Positions 10,590 to 19,319 of a DNA stretch of 56,489 bases are shown in pieces (the stretch's first letter is position 1; each line of letters starts with the position of its first letter). Position numbers and translations under genes: made by a program. Origin of the DNA: a virus. Taxonomy: Duplodnaviria; Caudoviricetes. The notes under the pieces are model-generated. The model saw only the letters and a list, made by a program, of their open reading frames with translations. It made no database searches and had not been told where the DNA came from. The DNA lies in IMG/VR virus record IMGVR_UViG_3300042475_003016, positions 1 to 56,489 of that record. One strand, given 5' to 3'.

Positions 10590-11394
10590 TGAACCTATAA
10601 CTATCCAAAATATTCCCTTTTAATACGATGGCATCTTGGATAGTTAGCACCCTTTGGTGCTAATTTAACTTCTATGAGAGATTGCCTCATATTCCAATTA
10701 TTGTTTAATAATGCATCTAATAATGTCTCATCACTAACTTTATGACCTTTTGGTCGTTGGTTTTGTTTATTACGACCTCGCCATGTATCTGTTAAAGCAT
10801 GACAATTAGGACAAAGTAATTCAAGATTGCTTCTTTCATTATTAAAGTGATTTCCATCTTTATGTTCTAATTCTAATGGAATATCCTGATTTTGCCATTT
10901 ATCATTTCCACAATTATTACATTTACATTCTTGTTCATAATAAATTTTAACCCTTCTATCAGGCCAGTTAAGGTTTTCAAATGAAGTTTCTATAATCTTA
11001 ATAATTTTTCTTTCTCTATTCTCTGCAACCCTTTGTTGATATTTTTTAATATATTCAAGATTATTAGCCCTTAATTTTGCATTTTTTTTATTAGCTTCTT
11101 TTACTTTATCAGATTTTTTTCCAGCAATTGATTTTTTAATCTTATCTGATTCTGACCAAGTTCTACTATTACGACATTCTATAGAACAATAACTCTTTAA
11201 TCCTTTAACTGGTTCAAATTCTCTATCACATTTTTTACAATTCGCCATAAGATACTTTCTTTATTATATAAATATCTTATTTGAACTCTAAAAGTAAATA
11301 AAATTAAAACATTTATTAAAATAAGTTCGCCTTGTGGATTATACCCACCCCTAATTAAAAGTTAGGTGCTCTAAACCAACTGAGCTATAGGTTC
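10590..11394 (-). pseudogene. tRNA-Lys(TTT) interrupted in the T-arm region by an HNH-bearing insertion
   Basis: 5' part GAACCTA-TA-GCTCAGTTGGTTTAGAGC-A-CCTAA-CTTTTAA-TTAGG at 11394-11350; complementary acceptor strand TAGGTTC-A at 10597-10590, just after the HNH stop codon. Confidence 0.7.
10601..11248 (-). CDS. HNH homing endonuclease with N-terminal zinc finger
   Basis: CKKC...YCSIEC; CNNC...LELEHKDGNHFNNERSNLELLCPNCH. Confidence 0.9.
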   Translation of the reverse strand: MANCKKCDREFEPVKGLKSYCSIECRNSRTWSESDKIKKSIAGKKSDKVKEANKKNAKLRANNLEYIKKYQQRVAENRERKIIKIIETSFENLNWPDRRVKIYYEQECKCNNCGNDKWQNQDIPLELEHKDGNHFNNERSNLELLCPNCHALTDTWRGRNKQNQRPKGHKVSDETLLDALLNNNWNMRQSLIEVKLAPKGANYPRCHRIKREYFG

Positions 11395-11402
11395 GTTTTT
11401 GG

Positions 11403-11474
11403 TTGGCATAGCAGGACTTGAACCAGCAACCTCAATCGTATCAGGATTGTGCTCCACCATTGAGCTATATGCCA
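11403..11474 (-). tRNA. tRNA-Ile(GAT)
   Basis: TGGCATA/TATGCCA acceptor; CAATC-CTGATAC-GATTG. Confidence 0.9.
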
Positions 11475-11488
11475 AATTAATAATATTG

Positions 11489-11563
11489 TGGACCTGGTAG
11501 GACTTGAACCTACGACCCCCTGATTATGAGTCAGGTGCTGCTAACCAACTGAGCTACAGGTCC
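11489..11563 (-). tRNA. tRNA with CAT anticodon (probably Ile2, otherwise elongator Met)
   Basis: GGACCTG/CAGGTCC acceptor; CCTGA-CTCATAA-TCAGG. Confidence 0.88.
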
Positions 11564-11574
11564 TTTTTAAATAT

Positions 11575-11651
11575 TGGCGGTTCGAACGGGACTTGAACCC
11601 GTGACCACATGCTTGACAGACATGCATTCTAACCAACTGAACTACCGAACC
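11575..11651 (-). tRNA. tRNA-Asp(GTC), CCA encoded
   Basis: GGTTCGG/TCGAACC-G-CCA; CATGT-CTGTCAA-GCATG. Confidence 0.9.
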
Positions 11652-11664
11652 TTTTAAAATATTG

Positions 11665-11735
11665 TTACCACAACTGGATTTGAACCAATACAAACAGAAT
11701 CAAAATCTGTTGTGCTACCATTACACTATGTGGCA
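11665..11735 (-). tRNA. tRNA-Gln(TTG)
   Basis: TGCCACA/TGTGGTA acceptor; ACAGA-TTTTGAT-TCTGT. Confidence 0.88.
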
Positions 11736-11742
11736 ATAAAAA

Positions 11743-11955
11743 AGAAATAAGTTTTTTGTCCCCACTTGAACATCATGATCCAGTTTTACCTAGATGATTT
11801 GAATTTCCTAGTTGCTGCTCAATTGGCCATAACAGAACATAGTTATATCAAAAACTCAGCCCCTTGCTAAATATATCGCGAATCAAGCAAGTCAAACTTT
11901 ACATATACCCTGGGGTTTCACCAGAGTCGTCACTCATTTCTAAAACATATTTCTA
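11743..11955 (-). ncRNA. Candidate structured ncRNA of about 210 nt inside the tRNA cluster
   Basis: No listed ORF, raised GC, ends pair (AGAAATATGTTTT / AAAACTTATTTCT), internal hairpins. Confidence 0.45.
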
Positions 11956-11962
11956 TGCTTTG

Positions 11963-12048
11963 AGGTAATGGAGGGATTTGAACCCACATAGAACATTAAG
12001 TTCTTCACTGTTTTGCAGACAGGTGCCTAACCATTCGACCACATTACC
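11963..12048 (-). tRNA. tRNA-Cys(GCA) with an atypical long variable arm
   Basis: GGTAATG/CATTACC-T acceptor; CTGT-CTGCAAA-ACAG; extra GAAC-TTAAT-GTTC arm. Confidence 0.8.
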
Positions 12049-12055
12049 ATAATTG

Positions 12056-12132
12056 GGTGTTTGGCGGAATTCGAATCCGCATTTAATATGATTCACAGAC
12101 ATACCCCGAAGGCCAATACGGGTTCCAAACAC
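12056..12132 (-). tRNA. tRNA-His(GTG), divergent D-arm
   Basis: GTGTTTG/CAAACAC-C acceptor; TATG-T-CTGTGAA-T-CATA; GCGGA-TTCGAAT-TCCGC. Confidence 0.75.
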
Positions 12133-12134
12133 AG

Positions 12135-12205
12135 AGGTCTTATAGGGATTTGAACCCCAACTTCAGCATCCGTAGTGCTGTGTGCTGTCATTACACAATA
12201 AGACC
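12135..12205 (-). tRNA. tRNA-Arg(ACG)
   Basis: GGTCTTA/TAAGACC acceptor; CAGCA-CTACGGA-TGCTG. Confidence 0.85.
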
Positions 12206-12213
12206 AAGGTTAA

Positions 12214-12450
12214 TTATTCAAACATATCAAAACTAATACCCTTCTCAAACATAGTTTCTCTCAAAAGAGTTCTAATGCTACTTAAAGCATCAACTGTCTC
12301 TTGGCTGGTTGAATCTGGGGCATATTTTATTTTTGTTCTTAACTCCTGATCTACTTCCCATAAAACAGACATGATTTCCTTGGCGTTGGTAGCCAATTTA
12401 AAATCATTTAATTCTTCATCCAAATTAAACTCGATTATTCCTTTAGCCAT
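12214..12450 (-). CDS. Hypothetical phage protein
   Basis: 78 aa ORF downstream of the -7 promoter at 12492. Confidence 0.65.
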   Translation of the reverse strand: MAKGIIEFNLDEELNDFKLATNAKEIMSVLWEVDQELRTKIKYAPDSTSQETVDALSSIRTLLRETMFEKGISFDMFE

Positions 12451-12554
12451 AGTTTGTTATTTTTGTATGTGAGTTAAAAACTTTGATGCAACAAATATAA
12501 GCATAAAAATCCTAATTTCAAAACCTATTTTAGATATTTTTGCAATTATAATCT

Positions 12555-12932
12555 CTAATCCACAATTGATTGACATTCAGTAATATCATATCTTTTTATT
12601 TCTTTACCATCTTGTTCAATCACTAATTCTAACTGGTCTGAATAGTATCCATTATTATACCCATGCCCAGCAATTTTCACAGAATGTCCATGAACTGGTA
12701 TTAATTCAATACCATAATCTGGTATTCTTTTAAAGAAATTATCATTAGTTAAATCAAACTCTAATCCATCAAATTCCTCTAAAGTTAAATCCTTTAAATT
12801 TAATTCGTGTGCTTCACAACACTCTGTGTCATGGAATGAGTATAACTTAATGCCATTTTCAAACTCAATAGCACCATAATGTTCACTTCCAATTCCATTC
12901 TTATCAATTCCTATTACTTTTAATTTGTTCAT
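12555..12932 (-). CDS. Conserved phage hypothetical protein
   Basis: H..ECCE...GYNNGYYS motif. Confidence 0.65.
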   Translation of the reverse strand: MNKLKVIGIDKNGIGSEHYGAIEFENGIKLYSFHDTECCEAHELNLKDLTLEEFDGLEFDLTNDNFFKRIPDYGIELIPVHGHSVKIAGHGYNNGYYSDQLELVIEQDGKEIKRYDITECQSIVD

Positions 12933-13300
12933 TGTTTTACTATTTCTATTAGTTTAATAATACAACCCAATTCTGCTTCTTCATAAGTTTCAAATATCCA
13001 ATCCCCAGATGGCCTGTCTTTTGGCATTGTATGGTGTTCTTCACTTGTTTTATAATTCCAAATCCAATAATTATAACCAAGTTTACGGCTATGCTGATCG
13101 CTTGTTGCTTCAATTGAGGATTGCCAATCATATTTTTCTCTAAACCATCTAAATGCAAGGCTGTTAAGAAATGTTCTATGAATATCATTTAATGTTAATC
13201 CATCAAGATATTCAATATCTACTCCAGCATCTTTTAATTTATGAATCTCATCTAACCACTCAAAGAAACCTAGTGCTTCTAATTCATTATATATTCTCAT
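12929..13300 (-). CDS. Hypothetical phage protein
   Basis: AFRWFREKY...FETYEEAE motif, related to ORF 31572-31889. Confidence 0.65.
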   Translation of the reverse strand: MRIYNELEALGFFEWLDEIHKLKDAGVDIEYLDGLTLNDIHRTFLNSLAFRWFREKYDWQSSIEATSDQHSRKLGYNYWIWNYKTSEEHHTMPKDRPSGDWIFETYEEAELGCIIKLIEIVKQ

Positions 13301-13527
13301 TATTTAATGTTTGTAAGTGGGTATGCCTTTAAAATACTATTTACATCTACACCCCAAATAACACCAGTAACATCCACATCTATTACTGTTACATCTGCTT
13401 CATTAGCTGCTTCATTTAATGCAGCCGTTACATGAAGTTTAGCAAATTCAATCATCTGTTTAGCTACTGTAGAATCTATTTCTACACAATGTTCTGCAAA
13501 AAAATCTTCTGCCGTTGGTATATTCAT
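13300..13527 (-). CDS. Hypothetical phage protein
   Basis: MIEFAKLHV..AL..A...SILKAYPL.NIK motif. Confidence 0.65.
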   Translation of the reverse strand: MNIPTAEDFFAEHCVEIDSTVAKQMIEFAKLHVTAALNEAANEADVTVIDVDVTGVIWGVDVNSILKAYPLTNIK

Positions 13528-13548
13528 TTTTTAAGTATTTAAAGGTTG

Positions 13549-13800
13549 TTAAAATCTATCTGCTATTTTTTTAATAACTTCCTCCTCTTCAGCAGTTAAC
13601 TTCCAGTGATTATCAAATATTTTGGTAAATTGTTTTACCACATCATCATCATTTTTATTTCTAACAGCCATTACATCATAATCTTTGATTGATTTTAATA
13701 ACTTTTCTCTAAAAATTTTGTCCCTTTTAAAGTAGTAGATGATTTCATCTGAATAATCATCTAAATCAACTTCAGCTTCTACTGTGATATAACGTGACAT
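13549..13800 (-). CDS. Hypothetical protein
   Basis: 83 aa ORF after the -7 promoter at 13823. Confidence 0.6.
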   Translation of the reverse strand: MSRYITVEAEVDLDDYSDEIIYYFKRDKIFREKLLKSIKDYDVMAVRNKNDDDVVKQFTKIFDNHWKLTAEEEEVIKKIADRF

Positions 13801-13842
13801 AATTATTATTTTTTTTGATACACAAATATAAGGGAAATAAAA

Positions 13843-14349
13843 TTACTGCGCAAGTTCTTTCTTCAATCTTTCCAAAACATTTTGACTTGTATGACCATCA
13901 AAAGGAAATAAGGCTGTTGATGTTTCTGGAACTTTAAATTCATTCCATCTTTCAGCAGGATAATGATTGGATATTTGACCACTTGGCAATTTTGCCACCA
14001 CAATAAACCAACCCCCACCAAAACAAGGATCACCATCATTATGTTTCCAACTCTTATGTACGCTATGCTTTGTGTTTTGGGCTACTAGGCTTGCATCCAG
14101 GAACTCTTCATCACCTTTCTGAGTTGCCCACTCATTAAACAATAGAGCGTTGTAGGTTGCCCTAAAATCATATAATTCCTTAAAGGTATGATAACCATCA
14201 GAGGTATCTTCTGTCACCCTATGATAATCCTCTTCCAATTTCTTTATGCTTTCATAAAGTTCAAATGGAATTGTATCATTTGTAATCCTAGTACCATATT
14301 TGGAATTTATATGGTCACAAAAAATATCAACTGGTGTTTTATTGCTCAT
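13843..14349 (-). CDS. WDGH-domain-like phage protein
   Basis: SDGYHTFKELY.FR, KSWKH.DG, GQISNHY, FDGHT motifs. Confidence 0.7.
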   Translation of the reverse strand: MSNKTPVDIFCDHINSKYGTRITNDTIPFELYESIKKLEEDYHRVTEDTSDGYHTFKELYDFRATYNALLFNEWATQKGDEEFLDASLVAQNTKHSVHKSWKHNDGDPCFGGGWFIVVAKLPSGQISNHYPAERWNEFKVPETSTALFPFDGHTSQNVLERLKKELAQ

Positions 14350-14365
14350 TTTGTTTCTTTTTTTA

Positions 14366-15445
14366 TTAATATTCTGAAATATTTATCTTTAAATATTCTT
14401 TAATTTTTTTTGTAAGTCTATCTCTACTAACTCTCACATCTTTATTTAATTCTTTATAAATTTTATAAAAACTAACACCTTCTTCATATTGTTTAGCAGC
14501 TTTGGCTATAACCGATTCATCTAATACAAAATGTTCAAACTCAACATTGTATTTGTTTTTTAATTTTTTTCTAATCTGGGAACCACTAAACCCAGTCTTT
14601 TTTTCAATTTCTTTAACAGTTAAACCTTTCTGGAACATTTCAAATGCTGAAAGTATATCAGATTCTGACATATAAACTTTTGATTTATATTTATTATCAA
14701 TATTAAAATTCTTTTTTAATTTCCTTGTTAATTGAGCCCTACTAAATGTAGTCTTTTTTTCAATTTCACTAAAATTAAACCCATTTTGATACATTTCAAA
14801 CGCCAAAAGTATATCAGATTCTGACATGTGTTCACCTTTATATCTTTTTGGTTCTAACTTATCGTATTTAATATTTGACCATAAATAACCATACGCTATC
14901 CAACCAGTTTTACAAGCTCTACTTATCAGTCGATTACACGAAGGCAAACCTAACTCTTTATTTATTAAGTTTTGAGATTCAAAAGATTTAATATAATCAC
15001 CATTCAAAGAATATTGATAAGTTTTGATTGATTTGTGGTTTTTCTCACCTGTTTTACCAAAAAAAGGGTTTTTTTCACCTTTAAAAACACCACTCAAAAG
15101 ACTTCTTTCTCTAACTTTAATACAAACTTCTTGAGTATGTTTATAACCCTTTCTAACACCATCACCACCATTTGTTTGATTTTTTAAAATGAAACCTCTT
15201 TCTTTATGTAATCTTATTTCTTCTATTTCAGCAAAATTACCTTTATCTTTTTCTACTTCGCAAATAAGTGAAATTTTTAAATCATCATAACCATATTTAC
15301 TAAGCCAATTATATAATTTAGTTTTTTTATTTTTTTTAGAATTATATATATGTTGGCTAAACCTAAGTTCCAATGATTTTTCTGTTTTGCCGATATAAAT
15401 CACGTTTGGGTTATTTTCATAAAATATTTTATATATTTTTACCAT
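14366..15445 (-). CDS. GIY-YIG homing endonuclease with NUMOD and repeated HTH-like DNA-binding modules
   Basis: KIYKI...YIGKT...RFSQH, N.TNGGDG, GEKNPFFGK, YQYSLNG..I..F.S; repeated MSESDIL.AFEM; start likely MVKIY at 15445. Confidence 0.85.
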   Translation of the reverse strand: MVKIYKIFYENNPNVIYIGKTEKSLELRFSQHIYNSKKNKKTKLYNWLSKYGYDDLKISLICEVEKDKGNFAEIEEIRLHKERGFILKNQTNGGDGVRKGYKHTQEVCIKVRERSLLSGVFKGEKNPFFGKTGEKNHKSIKTYQYSLNGDYIKSFESQNLINKELGLPSCNRLISRACKTGWIAYGYLWSNIKYDKLEPKRYKGEHMSESDILLAFEMYQNGFNFSEIEKKTTFSRAQLTRKLKKNFNIDNKYKSKVYMSESDILSAFEMFQKGLTVKEIEKKTGFSGSQIRKKLKNKYNVEFEHFVLDESVIAKAAKQYEEGVSFYKIYKELNKDVRVSRDRLTKKIKEYLKINISEY

Positions 15446-15545
15446 TTTTATAGTTTTTTCTATCTTTTTTTGCAACTGCAACTAACATCAGTTTGGTAAA
15501 ATGACTATTGCATTAATTTATTTGTTGCGTTTCTTGTCACAATTA

Positions 15546-15857
15546 CTATTGTAAATTTAATTTATTTAAATCTTCGTCCAACCTAGTAATAAATGATTCC
15601 TCACCATCATCACCAGATACCAACCAATCAACCCTCTGGGCATACACCTGGGCTATTTTCAAATACTTTACAGCATTCTTAAATTCCTCAATGATGTGAG
15701 GGGGGTATTCATAATAACTCTGTTCATCAAACCCCCACTCATCTTTGGGTTTATTCCCCTCTGCAATTTCCAAATTATTGCTTGCAATAATTTCTTCAAT
15801 TTTATTAACAATATCATTCATACGATATTGTGCATAATCAAAATGTCCTCCACTCAT
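15546..15857 (-). CDS. Conserved phage hypothetical protein
   Basis: MSGGHFDY...RVDWLVSGDDGEESF motif. Confidence 0.7.
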   Translation of the reverse strand: MSGGHFDYAQYRMNDIVNKIEEIIASNNLEIAEGNKPKDEWGFDEQSYYEYPPHIIEEFKNAVKYLKIAQVYAQRVDWLVSGDDGEESFITRLDEDLNKLNLQ

Positions 15858-15876
15858 ATGTTATATTTTTTGTTTG

Positions 15877-15948
15877 AGCCAATAGAGGGATTTGAACCCC
15901 CAACCCCATCTTTACAAAAGATGCGCTCTACCATTGAGCTATATTGGC
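15877..15948 (-). tRNA. tRNA-Thr(TGT)
   Basis: GCCAATA/TATTGGC acceptor; CATCT-TTTGTAA-AGATG. Confidence 0.9.
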
Positions 15949-15958
15949 CTATAATTAT

Positions 15959-16561
15959 CTAATCTAAACTATTTGGAAAGTAAAGTAAAGTTGGATTCTT
16001 ACGTTGAATATCAACTTGGGGATATGATTTTCTGAACATCTCAACATCAAATCTTTTTGTGATTAAATGATAACCATTTTTAGTTGGAATTACTGCTTCC
16101 ACCTTGCTACCAATTGGTCTAGTCCAATTGTCAAGTACAGAAATAGTCTTTGCTAATTCATTTTCATCTTTATCATCAATATCAACAATCCATCTACTCT
16201 CCATTCTTTTTACCTTACCAACAACACTCTCAAATAAGTTTTTCTGATTGTGTTGACCATTTTTAATTCTTTCAGCCAAAAGAATCATCATATCCAAAGC
16301 AACATCTTTATGGTTCTGTTTCTGAACATGAATGTAGGCTCTTGCCTTGAAAAGTTCAGATAATTGGATAATCTCCTCATATTTGCTTTCAAGATATTCC
16401 AGGCTATCAATACAATAAGTTTTGATGGTTCTGGATGATTGGTGATTATCTCTCTCATCTTCTGGTTGATCCTTCTTTCTTTTAAGGATATATAACATAT
16501 AGAAATCACCCTCTTCTGTGAAGTTCAGTAATGGTTTGATTAGGTCTAGGTTGTTTATCAT
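15959..16561 (-). CDS. Conserved phage protein, possibly AEP / prim-pol-like fold
   Basis: WIVDIDD and TKNGYHLI resemble the AEP DxD and (S/T)xxGxH motifs; start likely MINN at 16561. Confidence 0.5.
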   Translation of the reverse strand: MINNLDLIKPLLNFTEEGDFYMLYILKRKKDQPEDERDNHQSSRTIKTYCIDSLEYLESKYEEIIQLSELFKARAYIHVQKQNHKDVALDMMILLAERIKNGQHNQKNLFESVVGKVKRMESRWIVDIDDKDENELAKTISVLDNWTRPIGSKVEAVIPTKNGYHLITKRFDVEMFRKSYPQVDIQRKNPTLLYFPNSLD

Positions 16562-16624
16562 GTTTTTGTTTTTATTATACAGCAAAGATAAATCAAAGTT
16601 TCCAGAATTCCAAATGTTTTTTTG

Positions 16625-16753
16625 TAGTCAGGACAGGACTTGAACCTATATCTCCAAATCACAGGCACCTGGAACTTTCTCCCATCAATGAGGTTGATTA
16701 CTTCTCACTCTAAAGTTACTCCTTCTTGCGTCTTCCAATTCCGCCACCTGACT
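16625..16753 (-). ncRNA. tRNA-like element A (129 nt)
   Basis: AGTCAGG-TGGCGGAATTGGAAGACGC...long insert...ATAGGTTCAAGTCCTGT-CCTGACT-A. Confidence 0.75.
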
Positions 16754-16765
16754 ATATATTATTAT

Positions 16766-17029
16766 TTATATTTTTTCATATGTTGCTTCAAAGATATCAG
16801 GTTTACACGGATAGTATTCACCTTTAATTCCCTTGATGATATAGTCGTTTTCATTTGCAATGTGTTCACCTTCCAATGTTGGTATAATGCAAGTGCAATT
16901 ACCATCAATCCTTCGTTCTATCTTCATTGTATGGGCAGTGTTATTTGTGAACTCTTTCACTTCGTCCCAATTGCTTCTATTAAATTGGATAGATTCAATT
17001 ACTACTGGTTTTTTTCTATACTGTGCCAT
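16766..17029 (-). CDS. Widespread small phage protein (PGDYG-like)
   Basis: YRKKPVVIE...TLEG...DYIIKGIKGEYYPCKPDIFEATYE. Confidence 0.75.
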   Translation of the reverse strand: MAQYRKKPVVIESIQFNRSNWDEVKEFTNNTAHTMKIERRIDGNCTCIIPTLEGEHIANENDYIIKGIKGEYYPCKPDIFEATYEKI

Positions 17030-17050
17030 GTTATTTGTTTTTAAAGTTAG

Positions 17051-17165
17051 TAGTCAAGACAGGATTCGAACCTGTAATAGGAGAAGCTGAGATTCAAACT
17101 CATCTTAACACTCATCTGTGACATCCCCTCGGGTTTCCCCTGCGTTACCATTCCGCCACCTGACT
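17051..17165 (-). ncRNA. tRNA-like element B (115 nt)
   Basis: AGTCAGG-TGGCGGAATGGTAACGC...ACAGGTTCGAATCCTGT-CTTGACT-A. Confidence 0.75.
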
Positions 17166-17301
17166 ATTTTAAAAATTAACTTACCAATTTTAACCCTATT
17201 CACGCTTCAGTTAAAATCCCAATTTCCATAGTGAAACATTCGTGGCAATTTTCACACCTTATTGCCTACTTCTTTTCGGCTCCTCAGTTAATTTTATTTT
17301 T

Positions 17302-17682
17302 TTAAGAAACTAATTCATAAAGTTTTAGTGTATCTCTTTTCTCTTCTTTATTAATACCTATTAAGTATTGTTCAATATTCCTAATTATATTTTTACTATA
17401 AATAGACTTAATATTTGCTAGTTTTAAGAATTTAGAAACTAATTGTGTTTGATTAATTTTATTATTCTTAATATCACTAATTGCAGCCAAAATCTGTGAT
17501 TTATATCCAATAGAAGGATCAACTAAATTAATTTTTTGGTTTGTCAATACCCCATTCACTACTATTCTTATTTCATGGGCTTTAAGTCCTTTTATATATG
17601 TGACACAATACTCATCATATCCAAGATGGTTAAATCCAGATTCAGTTTGTTCGTATTTTGCAACTTTAAAAAGAGTTTTCAT
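17302..17682 (-). CDS. Hypothetical protein
   Basis: 126 aa ORF between tRNA-like elements C and B. Confidence 0.65.
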   Translation of the reverse strand: MKTLFKVAKYEQTESGFNHLGYDEYCVTYIKGLKAHEIRIVVNGVLTNQKINLVDPSIGYKSQILAAISDIKNNKINQTQLVSKFLKLANIKSIYSKNIIRNIEQYLIGINKEEKRDTLKLYELVS

Positions 17683-17707
17683 AATTTTGTTTTAGTTGTT
17701 TAAAAAG

Positions 17708-17800
17708 CAGTCAGAAGAGGAATCGAACCTCTTTACAGGGAATTACCCGACATCCACGACCTTCCATCGGACTCGAACCGACCTTGTACCAAACCTGACT
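17708..17800 (-). ncRNA. tRNA-like element C (93 nt, two T-loop hairpins)
   Basis: AGTCAGG...TCGG-TTCGAGT-CCGA...AGAGG-TTCGATT-CCTCT-TCTGACT-G. Confidence 0.65.
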
Positions 17801-17871
17801 ATTTAATTTCCTCTACAAAGATAAGCCAAAGTTTCCAGACTTCCAAATATGTTTTAAAATCTTTTCATAGT

Positions 17872-18132
17872 TTATTTCTTTTTAAATTTTTCAAACCATT
17901 CTGTAAATGGTAAATTATTTTCTCTACCTTCAAAAAATGCTACTTCTAATTCTTCTTCATTGTACATTCTTTCTTGCATCCATTTAGCACCTTCAAATAC
18001 TCCATCTTTAAAATCAACTTTTTGAAAATTATCTAATCTCTTTAAGTATTTTTTTTCTGCTAAGTCTCCAATTTCAGCAGCCTCTTCAAGTGTTTCTTCA
18101 GTAATACACTTTTTACCAAATTCCTTTTCCAT
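17872..18132 (-). CDS. Hypothetical phage protein
   Basis: ETLEEAAE...GAKWMQERMY.EEE...WFEKFKKK motif. Confidence 0.7.
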   Translation of the reverse strand: MEKEFGKKCITEETLEEAAEIGDLAEKKYLKRLDNFQKVDFKDGVFEGAKWMQERMYNEEELEVAFFEGRENNLPFTEWFEKFKKK

Positions 18133-18395
18133 ATTAATATATTTTGTTTTTAAAGAAAGGTACGGTTAATGACAACCGCACCATAAATAATTTTACCTCG
18201 ATGAGTTAACTTACATAACCATTGCACAAATAAACCACAAACAAGAAACTACAATTAGTAATATTAGTATTCTCTTGTTTTTTTCTTCTCGTAAGAAAGT
18301 ATACCCAAAGAGTAATCCCATACACATACTTAATATCCAAAATATTATGTCCATAGGTCTTGTTTTTTAAATTTTAAATTAACTATCTGATTATG

Positions 18396-18525
18396 TAGTC
18401 AAGACAGGATTCGAACCTGTGATAATCCCCATCAGCACAATGGTTAAAGCAGGGATCCCGTTGCTGTTGTGGCTCTGTCAAGCCAGTCCATTGTTTCGGA
18501 GCGTGTTCCAACTCGCCTCCTGACT
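18396..18525 (-). ncRNA. tRNA-like element D (130 nt)
   Basis: AGTCAGG-AGGCGAGTTGGAACACGC...insert with ACAATGG/CCATTGT and TGGCT/AGCCA stems...ACAGGTTCGAATCCTGT-CTTGACT-A. Confidence 0.75.
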
Positions 18526-18546
18526 ATGTGTAGTTAGCAACAATAA

Positions 18547-18780
18547 TTAATAAGAAGCAATATCTCCTTTATAAAATTCCATAAAATTACTAAATTGTCC
18601 GCTTTTGGATAGTTTAGTCAATCCATACCCTTCAACATATATATGACCATCCACATCTTTATCTTTAAATGGCATAATATATGTTGAATCACCTTCAACT
18701 AATTTATGGAATTTTATTCCATATTTTTTAAACGTTTCTTGTACTAATTCTAAGTTTGTTAAGTTTGTCATAGACCACAT
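18547..18780 (-). CDS. Hypothetical protein
   Basis: 77 aa ORF between elements E and D. Confidence 0.6.
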   Translation of the reverse strand: MWSMTNLTNLELVQETFKKYGIKFHKLVEGDSTYIMPFKDKDVDGHIYVEGYGLTKLSKSGQFSNFMEFYKGDIASY

Positions 18781-18802
18781 TCTTTATTTTTATTTTAAAA
18801 AG

Positions 18803-18879
18803 TAGTCAGGACAGGATTCGAACCTGTATCCACCCGTCATCTAACGGAGTGCCTCTGTCTCCAATTCAGCCACCTGACT
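18803..18879 (-). ncRNA. tRNA-like element E (77 nt, non-canonical anticodon loop)
   Basis: AGTCAGG-TGGCTGAATTGG...CCGT-TAGATG-ACGG...ACAGGTTCGAATCCTGT-CCTGACT-A. Confidence 0.7.
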
Positions 18880-18932
18880 ATTTCATTTCCTCTACAAAGA
18901 TAAACCAAAGTTTTCAGACTTCCAAATGTGTT

Positions 18933-19319
18933 TTAAAATTTCTTCATTCCATAATTGATGGCAATGAATTTCTCATAATTTATGTCGTTCTCATCACATA
19001 TTTTTATAATTTCTCTTATTTTATGACTAACTTCTGAAACAACTTCACCTAATTTGTTTGCCTCATCAATTAAATTATCAATCTCTTCTTCTATGCTGGT
19101 AGAACCCCCTTCTTCCCAATCAATATCATATAGGATATCATCATCTAATCTGATATATAAAAAAGCATTAAATTTACCCCCATTACTTTCAATTTGAACA
19201 TAAGATAATACATCAATTGTATATAACTCAAAAAGAACAACATTTGGTTTTATTTTTTCCACAGAAAATTGGATGCCCAAATCTTTTAGATAATCACCTA
19301 CATTTTTAACAATATTCAT
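18933..19319 (-). CDS. Hypothetical protein
   Basis: 128 aa acidic ORF with TATTTATA upstream (19350-19357). Confidence 0.65.
   Translation of the reverse strand: MNIVKNVGDYLKDLGIQFSVEKIKPNVVLFELYTIDVLSYVQIESNGGKFNAFLYIRLDDDILYDIDWEEGGSTSIEEEIDNLIDEANKLGEVVSEVSHKIREIIKICDENDINYEKFIAINYGMKKF

Noticed and set aside
15475-15515. Possible attC half-site (GTTAGTTGC) upstream of the GIY-YIG gene
   Set aside because: No convincing matching left arm or inverse core was found.
16640-17090. Plus-strand ORFs 16640-17044 and 16860-17090
   Set aside because: They overlap a conserved minus-strand gene and tRNA-like elements and have no protein-like motifs.
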